Assembly: GCA_000934665.2 (NCBI GenBank)
Contig: JYFJ02003572.1
Span: 1 to 40,055, forward strand
Reading direction: 5' to 3'
DNA length: 40,055 nucleotides
Source of the DNA: Catajapyx aquilonaris
Lineage: Eukaryota
Shown here: positions 1 to 11,829 of the stretch, in pieces
Numbering within the stretch: the stretch's first letter is position 1
How the letters are laid out: each line of letters begins with the position of its first letter
Made by a program: the position numbers and the translations under genes
Notes under the pieces: generated by a model
The model's database searches: none
Told to the model about the DNA's origin: nothing
Seen by the model: only the letters and a program-made list of their open reading frames with translations

Positions 1-564
1 AGGCAGATATCGCTCTTATGTACTTCTCCGACTCTCCTACTCTGCCTAATTCTTCCCAGCCCCAAAGCACGAATGTTTTGAATTAAATTTGATTATCACA
101 CATCCATATGACACGAACCAACCCCCACCTATGGACTTGTTTCTTACTTTTAATCTCACCCAGAGGAAGAATAGTTTTCTGCAGTTTTACTGCCTATTTT
201 TTATGATATTGACCACTGTGCGCCACCGCGGTGACGCCACCCACCTACTATGCCCAGATACAGGTGCAAGGCTTGTGTCATTAGCCTTTTTACCACATAA
301 AGGTAGGCCTTAGAGATCTTTGCAGTAGGTAGTTAATATTTTCCAGCGTTTTAAAGCGAAAAACCTATATAAAGAAAGGCAAGTGCCTCCTTATTGCAGA
401 TTACACTTCAATTATTGTATAGATGGTCACTTTCTGGATGAATGAATCCGGCCTAACCAGGTGTACCACCACACTAATTTGATTAAGACAGCAGAAGTGA
501 GGAGTTTGCTTAGACTGTCATTAGTTAGATACATATGCCAACTTAGCAGGTATACCTCCACCCC

Positions 565-567
<3 letters not shown>

Positions 568-616
<49 letters not shown>
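568..616. repeat. (CT)n/(GA)n microsatellite, about 24 units
   Basis: Uninterrupted TC dinucleotide run read directly from the sequence. Confidence 0.98.
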
Positions 617-618
<2 letters not shown>

Positions 619-2914
619 GTTATAGGACTACTACTAATATATATGATATCCGGGTAAATCCAGCAAGATTGGGATGAAGCATGGCAGCCGTGGTCACGAA
701 ACGTTTGGCCGTAATGGGCGTACGTGTCTAAGGCGCTGCTCTTGGCCCAGAAATGACTTCTGTTACGAATCGCTGCACCGATGATTAAAGGTTAGCATTA
801 ATGAACCTCCGAGATGAAGTTTGAGCTTGCACTCTCTCAGCTGCTTGTGCTTGCAGTTTCATTCATCTTGGAATGTCACGTTTCATGACGTTCGCTTACT
901 GTAAGGTGACCTTCCCAGGTTTACATTGATGCCCGCGGTATATGCACAGGTGGGCCATTTTCATACTTGGCACGAAGTTTTGAAATAATTATGTCAACTT
1001 TTTCTCTGAGCGTGCATACGTACTGCGTAATGATTTTAACTATATGGCGATGCTATCAAAATATGCATCGAATTATAGCTGGTAAATTGGTAGTCTGAGC
1101 ATAACGCGCACATTTACACGATTATCTCCTAGCATGCTTATGCTGATGTATTCAATTTGGCAATGTGCGAAGTACTTGTGCGATTAATACAAACTAGTGT
1201 TCTGTTTTGCATTTCCATTCACACGTTTTACTATGCAGACAAAAGTTATACGTGACTGTTATTAGTACGGATAGCTGTGGTTTCGTCCACCAATATTTGT
1301 TCTACACATTGAACAGTATTCATCGAAAATATTAATGACAAAGCTTGGAATATTATTGAAGTTTGCTGATACTACTTAGTTTTTGAAAATAAAGTGTGAT
1401 TTGAACAGCTGGATTTTTGTGCATGATGCTCTAACGCACTGATACTGCACACTAATTGACTGAATTTATTTTGCGTCGTGGTTCTTGTCGGTCACAATTT
1501 CAGGGGAATGCCCCTGCATTACACAATGTTATCCTGAAACAAAATCTCTGTTCAATGCCTTTTCAACGTTCCCAGCATGCTTGGATTAACGCACGCATTT
1601 TTACGTGATGACAACTTTGATTGAGGACAATGAACTGTATCATGTCGTATATTACACAATAGGTTCAGTAATGCGGAAGAATCGTCAATATCTGTAGCAT
1701 GAAGACAACTTTTTAAAATGATACAATGCATGTGAGGGTATTCAGTCGAATGTGCTGGACAACATTTTGTTAGTTTTTAAGATAACGCAATGTAAAAAAA
1801 GTGGCCACTAACGTCCACTCCAATGCCTCTATATTATAATTTTTAAAATGAAATAGTTGCTTTATTTCCTACTTATTCTTTCCTGCTCGATAAATACGAA
1901 GTGAATTAATTCAGACAATAAGTAGTAATATCACAGCGGATTTGAAAAGTATAACATAATCCTAATGCACCCTTTGCAACAGCACACGAAATATGTTCTA
2001 AACTCTAAAGTAATTCGTGTCATTCTGTACACTTGCATAATCAGACCACACTTATTTTCCCTCCCAGCTTTGCCTGACGCCTGGAATACTCCAAGTAGAC
2101 CGAATGAGTAATCATCGTCGGTTAAGCAGGATGGGACCGCAAAGAACACTCCAGGGTAGTCAGTGCAATAACAGATAATAGATGAATTAAAATTCGCATG
2201 AATATTTCCAGCTATTTGGGAGAATAGTTATCCATTTCTATCCTTGAAGCTAGAAACCCACAAAGCGAGGATGTATCGGGGGTTGCATTATTCAGGATGC
2301 TAAGGGGCCTTTTCTTCTTAACTCAGATGGATAAAATGTGTATAAGCAATATGTTCACCATGTAAATTTATTTTATTTATTTTCTTGGATTCAGAGTGCA
2401 AAGGCATGCATGTATGGCATAGTAGCATCCTTGTACAGTACAATACAAATATGAGGAATTGTTTTGCAAATACTAGGTAACATATGAATCATTGTGTAGT
2501 GCAGTATCTGCGCGAACTTTTCCAGACGTAATTTATATTCGTTTACAGCTTGCACTCCTGCATTTCTGAGGCAAATAATTTTACCAAAGGCATATTTCAT
2601 TTCTGGCAATTGATGTCTTTTCTTCTGTCAGTTTCAAGGCCACAAGAGCAAAAGTATTAGCAGTCATCGGAACTTGAGTGTTGCCGTCGAAATAAATTCA
2701 ATGACTTTCATGTGTCAACAATGTCAAGAATGAAACTAGAAATTGAAGTCTTGTGACGTCAGTAACCATTGAGGACAACTGCCGGACGTACAAAACAACA
2801 ACGCCAGGGAATGTTTCGTAATACGTAGTTTAAAGGAACCTAGGCCTGCTATGATTGATATTGAAGCAAATAAGCTTAGGTTTTATATCACCAATACGCG
2901 GATCTGTTGATCTA

Positions 2915-3240
2915 ATAATTGTTGGGTTAGTGCTCACCCAGAGGGTATTTGCACGGACCTTTATTTCAATCGAAGTATACATGGTGCCATATTCGAAGCG
3001 CCCGGGCCCACGGGCAGGATGACAGGAGGGGATGTGCAAGTGCAGTGCGGTAACGGTGCTTGGTCGTTTTGTGAACTCCCCCGGGTGGTTTAGTCTGTGG
3101 ATATACCACCCGAGACGAAGCCAGAGACGACCCCAGAACTCTGCACGAGATAAAGGGGGTGTCCCCGGGTTGGGATCGAACCCGGGACCTTAACATCCGT
3201 GGGCGCGCACGTTACCGCGGCGCCACTCCGTCTCCCCCTA
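2915..3240 (-). mobile_element. tRNA-derived SINE, apparently full length, with a 15-bp target-site duplication
   Basis: The minus strand starts TAGGGGGAGACGGAG-TGGCGCCGCGG (A-box-like), followed by GGTTCGATCCC (B box) at tRNA-like spacing. The exact direct repeat GGATCTGTTGATCTA flanks it at 2900-2914 and 3241-3255. Head and body are similar to the element at ~32081-32448. Confidence 0.9.
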
Positions 3241-3839
3241 GGATCTGTTGATCTACTGTACTGTATACCAGTGTACATGGCACCATTTGATGATCGAATT
3301 AGAACTGATAATCTAAAATCGGTCAAGTTTCCGAGAATTAAATGCTGATATAAACTTACCAACAAACAGCTGCGTTCATCAGCATACTTGAAGGGGTCAG
3401 CACTCTAATATTTGTCCTTTAAATCACTTTTGATAATAACAAGCTCCTTTGCATGCGCATGTTTGTTGGATAGTGAGCATTGAATCTGAAAGCAGCTGAC
3501 GCGCTTACATTCTAATCCACAAGCGATAACTCCACAATTATTACTAATTAGGCATGACTAAGTAACTCATACTGAACCGTCCGCACCCTGAAATATGCAC
3601 ATTCCTCCAGTGATAATCGCACGTGCCATAGAAACGTTGAACGAGCCGCAATCAGCCCTGAAGAGCAGTTGAACTCGAAAAAGGCGTTCCCACATTCCCC
3701 AAGCCCTCATACCCGGTCATCTGCAGAAAACTATCATCCCAAGTCCCGATAATGAAAATGATGTAGTATGCTGAATACTGGCAGGCTATTGTCCGAAGCA
3801 AGTCGAAGCAAGCGCAGTGGAATAGCTTAGGGATTGGAC

Positions 3840-4255
3840 CGATAGAGGGCGCGGAGGCGGCATGGGAGAAGCGGTAGAGGAGGCGGGGTGCAGGCCGCGA
3901 GTATTAGTGGCAGGCAGCAGCCGCACTGACGAACTCCAGGCTCAGAAGGCGGGCAGGCAGCAAGGCAGCCAGACCCTACCGTGCGAGTGCGTGAGTGAGT
4001 GTGTGAGTGCGTGTGCCGGCCGGCCGGAACTAGCCACTAGCTGGACACTTGCCCCACGCGCCGGACATGAACGATGCCCTTTGCCCCCTCCCGATCTGAA
4101 ACCGCGACCACGTGCCGGAAGCGCACGCGGCGGACCTTCAAACAGCGCGCCTCGGTACCAGTGCGCTGTGATTGTCGAAGCTGTCGCTAAAAATCCGGGT
4201 AGCTGCTAGGAGAGCCTCTACGGAGACCCTAGCTAACAATACCAAGACCAGGAAG
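3840..4255 (+). promoter_or_regulatory. GC/CpG-rich putative promoter and 5' UTR of the FAM20C-like gene
   Basis: Abrupt rise in GC and CpG content relative to the AT-rich upstream DNA, directly before the ATG at 4256. GTGA/GTGT-rich tract at ~3981-4015. The TSS cannot be fixed from sequence. Confidence 0.55.
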
Positions 4256-4746
4256 ATGAAGCTGAAGGAGCGGATCTCCTTCACTGTAGCGGCTGGCCTG
4301 GTGGTGGCCACCCTGATATTGGTGGTGGACATTGAGTTGAGGGTGAACAATGCCAACGGTGGTCATCTGGTGCCGAGCCACGGCCGGGTCAAGTTGGGTC
4401 AGACGGCGGCACCGGTGTTCCGCCGAAGAGCACTACACAAAAGTATCAATGGGTCGCGGGAGAACACGGAGACTCCGAACAAATCTAGAGGCGCCAATAA
4501 CACGAGTTTGAATGAGGCCACGGTGGACTCCTCAACCGACGATGCCAAGTCCAAGAAGGAGGATGTGGTCCGCAGCTCTACCCCGTCCGAATCGGCCGCC
4601 GAAGAGTTGGAGGACGACTTTGAGGACATCTACCAAATCCTGAGGAGCACCTACCAAAAGCAATCGGTTATGCAGAGGCTGGGGAAGAAGAAGAATCCCA
4701 GGAGCAGCAACCCGACGTTGGTAGAGATGCTGGGACTCAAGGCCAG
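4256..4746 (+). CDS. FAM20C: First coding exon of a FAM20C-family extracellular/Golgi serine/threonine kinase (CG31145-like): signal anchor and stem region; partial gene
   Basis: ATG in good context (AAGATGA). Translation MKLKERISFTVAAGLVVATLILVVDIELRV...HLVPSHGRVKLG...FRRRALHKS..GSRE...NPTLVEMLGLKA matches my recollection of the insect FAM20C/CG31145 N-terminus (MKLKER, hydrophobic segment, VD(I/V)Q, FKRKFLQKS-like basic motif, NPTL). GC3-rich codon usage. Ends at the donor CAG|GTAAAG (phase 2). Identification is from memory, not a database search. Confidence 0.85.
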
Positions 4747-7700
4747 GTAAAGCACTGTTTTTATCGTCATCCCCAACTCGATGTGGTGGAGGAAAGGTGT
4801 GCCGTACGATTTTCTCTCCGCTCCTTCACGCCACAGGTTGTCAAAAGCGGTGCGTGCGGGGGGAGGAGTCTGTCAACATGAAAATTGCTTTTCGGCTTGT
4901 TCATGGGTGGGACAATTACGGCACACCACATGGCTACTCTGCTTTCCGCGAGGTGCTTTGGCAAGCAAATTTTAGGCCAATACCTGGAAGAGGCGATGCA
5001 CGGTATTGTCTTTGCGGCACGAATGGATCAAGGCGCGACAATGGTTCACTGCCCCTCCGAAATGCTTGACTTGCTGTCTACCAAAGCATGCAAACGTTGG
5101 CCAGAGTATGCGGTATAGTAAATACTGTATATTTATAGTTATACGGTTCAATGTAACGTTTAAGTTCAATGTTTATGTTATACAGCATAATTTATAGTCT
5201 ACCCTGCGGAAATGTGCGAGTTATAAAATTGCGAGGGGCGGAAGGGTGCCGCATATAGGATACAATGGGCTTGTTTATGCTTGGCTGATTAGAGCGGAAG
5301 AAACAATATTATCGGCGTAAGAAATTCAATGCAGGCTCCATATCGCGAGATATAGCCGTATCGCTAGATTGGACAATGTTACTGCAGTTGTCGTTCTGTA
5401 TAGGGGCATCAACTTTTAAGTTAAGATTTTCTCATCCTTGTGTTATATTAATGAACAATGCAAAGTGATATTGATGCTATGTCACGCCATACACTGTGCA
5501 TGATCTTGTGTGGATATAGCACTCATTAACAGCGTAATATTCAGTGCCCACAGGGTGATTATTCGAATCCTTCCAAGCTGCTAATATACTGATAGATAAT
5601 AATGTGTGGGTTATAAAGCACTGCATGTAAAGTATATATAGTTTACAGTCTTGGCACACCGCTGTAACTGTATCACGCTCAGTAACATATGCCTGATTAA
5701 ATCCCGCTCCACATATGGTCAATTTTCGTACCCTATTCGCGGAACTATTTTCGGCCGCACTTTGTAGTGCGCGTGGCTGCTTCCTATCATTTAAAAAATA
5801 CTATCGCTGTCACCTCGAACTATTTCGTCCCGTGCATCTGAAAAACTGGCCATACATGAATCAGCAACCTGTAACAACTAAATTGCTCACTTAATACATA
5901 TGAAACAATTCACATGAACCAGTCATTACACTGTCAATTTCTATAGTGATGACACTGACAGAAGCCAACAATAAGTACCGGTAGCGATCAAAATCGTACA
6001 CAAGTGGCAGGGAAAATCCCTAAGAGTGACCTATCCGTTTGGCACGAGCTAATTGAAGAGCCACGCAGCATAACAAGTCGGCTACACGCATGCAACATGT
6101 CCCTCAATTAGAAGCAGCCTAACGAGAATAACTTGGGGGCCAGGGAGCTATACGGCAGCGTGCATTTTCCATGCCGAAGCACTCACTCCCGTCACACCCA
6201 GTGAGAGAAAACCCTCAAAGTCAAGGCTGCCAAGGTTCAATGCCACATTACACAACCCTGATAGGGTAGGACAGGTGATCATCAACATCCAAAGCCGGTT
6301 TGATCACCCTCCGGCTATGGGAAGGAAGTTGAGAGCAAAAATCGCCGCGATTTTTAAGCCACGCAACTGAATCGCGGAAACTCCGTGCTTTTATGACAAA
6401 CGACCGGTTCTAGCCACGTAACCAGGTTTTTTTTTTAAGATGGAAAAAAAAGAGGTGTTGGTCGTTAAGCAGAGGTTAACGCCAGGTGTCGTCCTTGAGA
6501 TTGCGGGGTCGTTGAGGTTTCCGGAAAGTGGTTGCGTGCCGAGAGCTTTGTTTCCTCTTTCCTGCACGGAGCGTATTATCTCGGAACGTGGTTACACATG
6601 AGGCACCCAGTGTGTGCGTGTAAAGTAGCTAATAGTGAGACACATCGGTAATTCCATCCGCATTTTTTATACAAAAAAAAATTAGCGAATGTGTGCAGTA
6701 GCGTACGGTTTTAATAGCTGGCGTACCTCATCGATTTGCGACTAATGCAGATGCCTCTCTGATTTTGTGGTGGGGTAGCTTAGCCGCAGTTTGGGGAAGC
6801 GTCGAAAGTTGATGCTGCGCCAGGACTAGGAAAAAAAAAAAAGTCTGACCCATTTGGAGATTCTCTGACCACCGCTCGAATGCGATTGACAATCGCATTT
6901 GTTCTGTTCAGTTCCGAATCTCTACAGGAATTCGTGGCATGCATACTTCGTAGGCAGGACACACACGCACAAAAAAAGATGCAGGCGAAACTCGTTGGGT
7001 ACACATCTCTTTCATCCGGTTCGTTTGAATGGGGAGGAAACGTTTCAAGGTTACCTCATATTGCCACGAAATAGTGTCGGCCGCACTGCATTTTCCATGG
7101 GATTAGGTTACGTTGCCGCCATGCATCCAAACCGCATCGGAGTGACAACTCGGAATATACAGCGGAATTTGGGGGGTCGGAAGCGTCCCATTGGTGCCCT
7201 TGGTTTTGCGGGGGGCCTCTCCAAATGACAAAAAGCTGCGTTGTGCAGAGTGGCTTTTCCGGTGCCAACTAATGGTGTTTATCTTAAATAACCCCATAAT
7301 TTGGTGTATAATTTAGTTGCATTTCGCGCTCCATTACAAATTATTTATGCGGACCTATTCGTTGTTGATGTGTATCGGGGGGTGCTCACCTGCCACACTA
7401 CCATGCCCCGGGGTCCAATATGAAAACGCGCTTTTGGCATGACGAGATGCGGCATGGTGCGGATGCAACGGACAGAAGCTGGTAACGGTCAAGGCGCGTG
7501 GGTGCCTCCATTTTTGGGACAAGTGAAGCCACCCACTCGGGCTATACGTGTAGCTTTACCGCTAACTAATGATCTAAAAAGCGACAGGATGTTTTCCCAC
7601 ATGGCAGGAGGGTGCCAGTCGACTCTGTATGTCTCTCTTCGCACCCTAGGGGCCTTTCGATTGTTTTTGGCGACCCAAGCACGGGTTGCAGTTCCCAATT

Positions 7701-8520
7701 TTTTTGGCGGACAGCCTCCACTGCTAAACTGCTGGTTGGAGTGCGTGGACGGCAGAGAAACGACTAACTTTACATAATTGTTGGCTAGCGTCGAAGCCGG
7801 AGATTCTTCCTTTCGTATATGTGCGTGGCCTGCATTCCTCATTCGACTCGGCGTATTTCTCATTTGGACTGGGAGAATTCGGTGGGAGTGACAAGTATTT
7901 TGTTTGGGGTCACATCTGCTCGGCGGATCTGGATGTCGACAGTCGCGCTTTCTGGGTCGTTTGCCTGGGCGGGATTTAAGCTAGGGCTTATACACAGGTG
8001 TTGCTTGGGGAAGATCCTATTGCTTTGTTCCTCGGGGCTTTGCGGTCCATTTGGTAAATGAGAAGGACATTAGATGTTTTCTTTCCTGACAATATTTCTG
8101 GGACGTATGGAGGTCAGAATTAAGACACGTGGATGGAATATTTTCAGTCGCGATGTTGCTTGACAAATATAGGGTGTGTCAACTTGATCGAGCTGATTGT
8201 AATGTGAAGTGAAATAGCGGTGAACATAAAGGCCCGGTCGAGACGTTGAACTTCAGATGTTCTCATGCGGTCAGAATACTGTACCACAGCCCATTAGCAG
8301 ATAATAAGCGAATGAGAAAAAACGTCGATTATTTCTGGTTTGGCATGCCATTCATTGTGGTAGCATACGTAACCACACTTCTCACACATCTCTGCAGGAT
8401 GGTCACTCTTTCTGGGTTTTAAATTCCCAGCCGTTCAAGAAAGAGAAATGATGGTCCCGATCTCTATTGTTATGCAGCTACGTGTACATTACGCAGCGGA
8501 ACAATTCTAATCAGGTAGCT

Positions 8521-8884
8521 TGCAGGATGTTCCACTTGATATGTCTTTCACGGCGAGCGTTTTTTGGACAAAAAGAGACACTTATTTTAAGTATAGCTAC
8601 TTTTAATCGTTATCAAACGTATTAGCTGCTAATATTAGATTGCAAAAACATACCACTATTAAAGCCTGCAAAAATAGGTTCTCTCATTGACATCTGATGT
8701 CATTTGTTCCAATGGACCATTCCTAATAGTAAATTCAATTTACAGCTTGTATAAATGATTCAATTTGGCCTAATAATAACACCTAATAATTTAGGGAACC
8801 ATTAAAAGTAACTTCTTAAAATCAGCAGCTTACTGCCAAAATTACTAACCACTATAAGGTCATTTTAATTGGAACACCCCTGTA
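8521..8884. mobile_element. Decayed Tc1/mariner-type MITE (CAGGGTG-class termini)
   Basis: Left end TGCAGGATGTTCCACTTGATATGTC. The right end reverse-complements to TACAGGGGTGTTCCAATTAAAATGAC. AT-rich non-coding interior, TA at the right boundary. Confidence 0.55.
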
Positions 8885-11443
8885 TCTCAGTTGTATTATT
8901 GTTGAGGCGTAGCAGCTAATGAATGGCTCTTATTCATGCAAAGAGGGCGGGTATTAGTCCTATACGAACAGGTTAAGGAAGAAGATGAATTGTTCAAGGC
9001 CATTGCAACACTGTCCGACTTTCAACTTGCCTGAGTGGTTTTGCTACACTTTGGAAATTTCACTCGCATAAATGTTCCGCCACTATACCGCATCAGTGCC
9101 TGAAACATGGACCAAATTATCACGACTTGGATTATTCGACCATAAAGCACTCCCCCTTTTCCCCTCTGGCGAAGAGTTCAAGTCGCTTCAACTTCTAGAA
9201 TCATACACTATTTCAGAGCGGCTTAATTTTTTTCCCTCCTGTAAAGTACTGTACTTCCGACGAAACTTTACTGGAATAGCTTAGAAGTTTCAACGCGATT
9301 GTGTTTATTCGGTACCCAAGCTTCAATGGGAACAGTACGAAAGAAAACCTATAGGAAGCCTTTTAACGTGATGAACACGTTTATACTGTTCATAATCTGC
9401 CGGTATCTGGAGTGATGGATGGGGAGCTGCTATAAAAAATGGAACACTTAGCGCACTAAATGGCAACACCTACGCCCTCTACTTCCTGCGCTAATCAGGC
9501 ATACGTGAAAAATGTCCCAACTAATGAGTCCGTGTATAGAAGAGGGTATGGGGGGCGTGCGCACAACCACTGCATGATGCCTGGGAATATATGTAACTAC
9601 ACACCTCCATAGACTGTAAACATGTCAAGGATATGAGTGCACTGTTATCCAGTGTCATCCATTCAGTGTCAGCCTCAAAATAGCCAACCAGATGGTCATA
9701 CAAGAGACCGGACCCACAAGAACTATTACAGAGAGCCTAGCTTTGAATCAGGCCGAAATGTCGCTATACCAACTACATAATGCAGGATGCAATAGAATAA
9801 ATATGTACTGAGAAAAGTGCCTTTTTTGGAAAGGAATTTGCTGGAATTATTGAAATGCTCTTTCGAGACCCTGCTCAAGAGAATTCCGCAGAATATGCAA
9901 CGAGCAAACTGGATAAATTCTGCATGTGCATTTTCGTTGTTCTCAAGCGTCTCAGGAGGTTTATTGCAGATTCACACTTGCGATGCGGTTCGGAGCCAAT
10001 TGTCATCAGTATCAGTGACCGTGACAGTCGGACAGGAAACGGTACCTGACACCCGTTCTCCGTTGTTTCTTTTGTCGTAATATTGAACAGCACCGGCCAT
10101 TAATGGCACAACTTGTGCTCATTACGGAAGAAAAACATGCACTTATGTATTGTGGAGTCCTGTGGAGGGTGTTGAAAGGGGGGAATATGGGAGAGGCTGA
10201 GAGATAGTCAAATGCTGAGCTTCTAAACCTGTTTGCTCCGTCTTCCCGGGAGGTTTATCGGCGAGAGGCTGTCGTGTTGCATCCCCGCCATGTTTACCTT
10301 CGTCTGAACGGCATTTCTCACCGCACTTTTCTAGTCGCCTACAAGCCTGTTTCGTCAAGTAGCAAATCCGCACATTTATTCATTGGAGTGGCTGCAGGCG
10401 ATGCGGGGAAGGTATAGCTCCTTAGTAAATGCTGAGCGCACACATTTTGGGCGTTAACCACTCACGAGGCGCGATGCTGTCGCTCTTGGGAGATCCAGTG
10501 TTGATTGGTGGAGAAAGGGGGTGAATGGCTAATATGTAAATAAATTTGAGAAATGTCAGCATCCATTTCCACGTACTGAAACTGAAATAGGCATGAGTTA
10601 CTGCGTGTTAAATAAAGCGGCTCTTGTAATATCATTTTCATGACTTTTTGATGCCGCCTCGTGGGATTATGCAGCATGTATGGTAATGACCAGCGCTATA
10701 AATTGGTCCTCCTATAAAGCAATAATAATAGGAAACAATGACCTTTTGGTGTGCAATGATGAGCCCGTTCAATGTTGAGCAGAACTGCGAGGGCCACGCA
10801 TTAAGTGCAAGCCATTTATTTTCCCGAGGCTTATACTGCACGGCGGAAACAACGCAAAACTGGAGTCTGTTTTACCAGCATTCCAGTTTTGTCTGGGAGC
10901 CAGACTCCGGATAAATAAATAAAAAAAATGTCCCGAGAAAGTACTGTGTTCATCATGAAGACGAAGACATGGAAGAGGCGAGTCAGCAGGGCGGAGAAAA
11001 TGACGAGGGGCTCCAGAAACTTTGGTGGTGTTGCTCCGTCTGCTGCTGATGGTTATATGGATGATGGTGGTATGAAGAAGGGTCGTTATGATCATTCATT
11101 CCTGAAGGCTTTGTTCCGGGTGCCTTAAGCCCACTGCGGTTATGTGCACCACTCACGCGTAATTCTCGCCTAAAAGTATTGTCAGTAGGTCAGACAATGT
11201 TATACTGTCTGTTCAAAAAATAGACAAGCGCGTCTGGAACGTTCCTTTTGAATTGTGAAACAATGAGCTTCCTTTTCGTGGGATGAACAAGGTGCAATCA
11301 CAGTACTTGATTAAACTTATTTACATGGGTAATAGTTGAATGAGATAATGCAGGTGAAATGTACGGTTATTTTCCTGTCCAGTAACTGTAGCTGCATATT
11401 GGACACAATTTTTTTACATGATTAACCGCTACTGCAGTATTGC

Positions 11444-11829
11444 CAGGTCCATTCAAATGAAAGTGAGCCAGTCAACCGTACATGGACATTGCTGTAAGTC
11501 CATGAACATATTTGCTAAAAATCTGAAAACGCCTCATTTACTAGTGAACCAAATTATGTTGACGTCCGATTGGGTGAAGATATTTTGAAAGTGACCCCTA
11601 GTATAGATATTTTCGGGTCCAATCGCTATAAAACCGGGCAACAAGCAGGGTAATATGTGGGATAGAGAGAGGTGCCTACCTATTATAATAATTAGACTAC
11701 TAATAATGAATAATTTTATCCTCTAGCAGATGAGACTTGTTCAGAATTTTTCAGCATATTGTTCTTGTAATTATTTATAATGATGTCCCCGTACGGTCCA
11801 CTGGCTCACTTTCACCTCAATGAACCGTG
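11444..11829. mobile_element. Mariner-like MITE with ~45-bp imperfect terminal inverted repeats
   Basis: Left CAGGTCCATTCAAATGAAAGTGAGCCAGTCAACCGTACATGGACAT versus right (rev-comp) CACGGTTCATTGAGGTGAAAGTGAGCCAGTGGACCGTACGGGGACAT. The core TGAAAGTGAGCCAGT is identical. Non-coding interior of ~300 bp. Confidence 0.75.

Noticed and set aside
700..780. Isolated tRNA-like or B-box fragments here and at ~13381, ~16403, ~37568, ~38454
   Set aside because: No cloverleaf, A/B boxes incomplete, no TSD or tail. At most very old SINE debris, not tRNA genes.
3165..3240. Possible genuine tRNA gene (also 32375-32448)
   Set aside because: No proper acceptor stem or oligo-T terminator, and each is followed by a SINE body and tail or TSD.
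4172..4255. ORF track start at TTG 4172 giving a 192-aa protein ending at TAA 4750
   Set aside because: Non-ATG start in a eukaryote. Family similarity begins at MKLKER (4256), and the TAA lies inside the GTAA splice donor.
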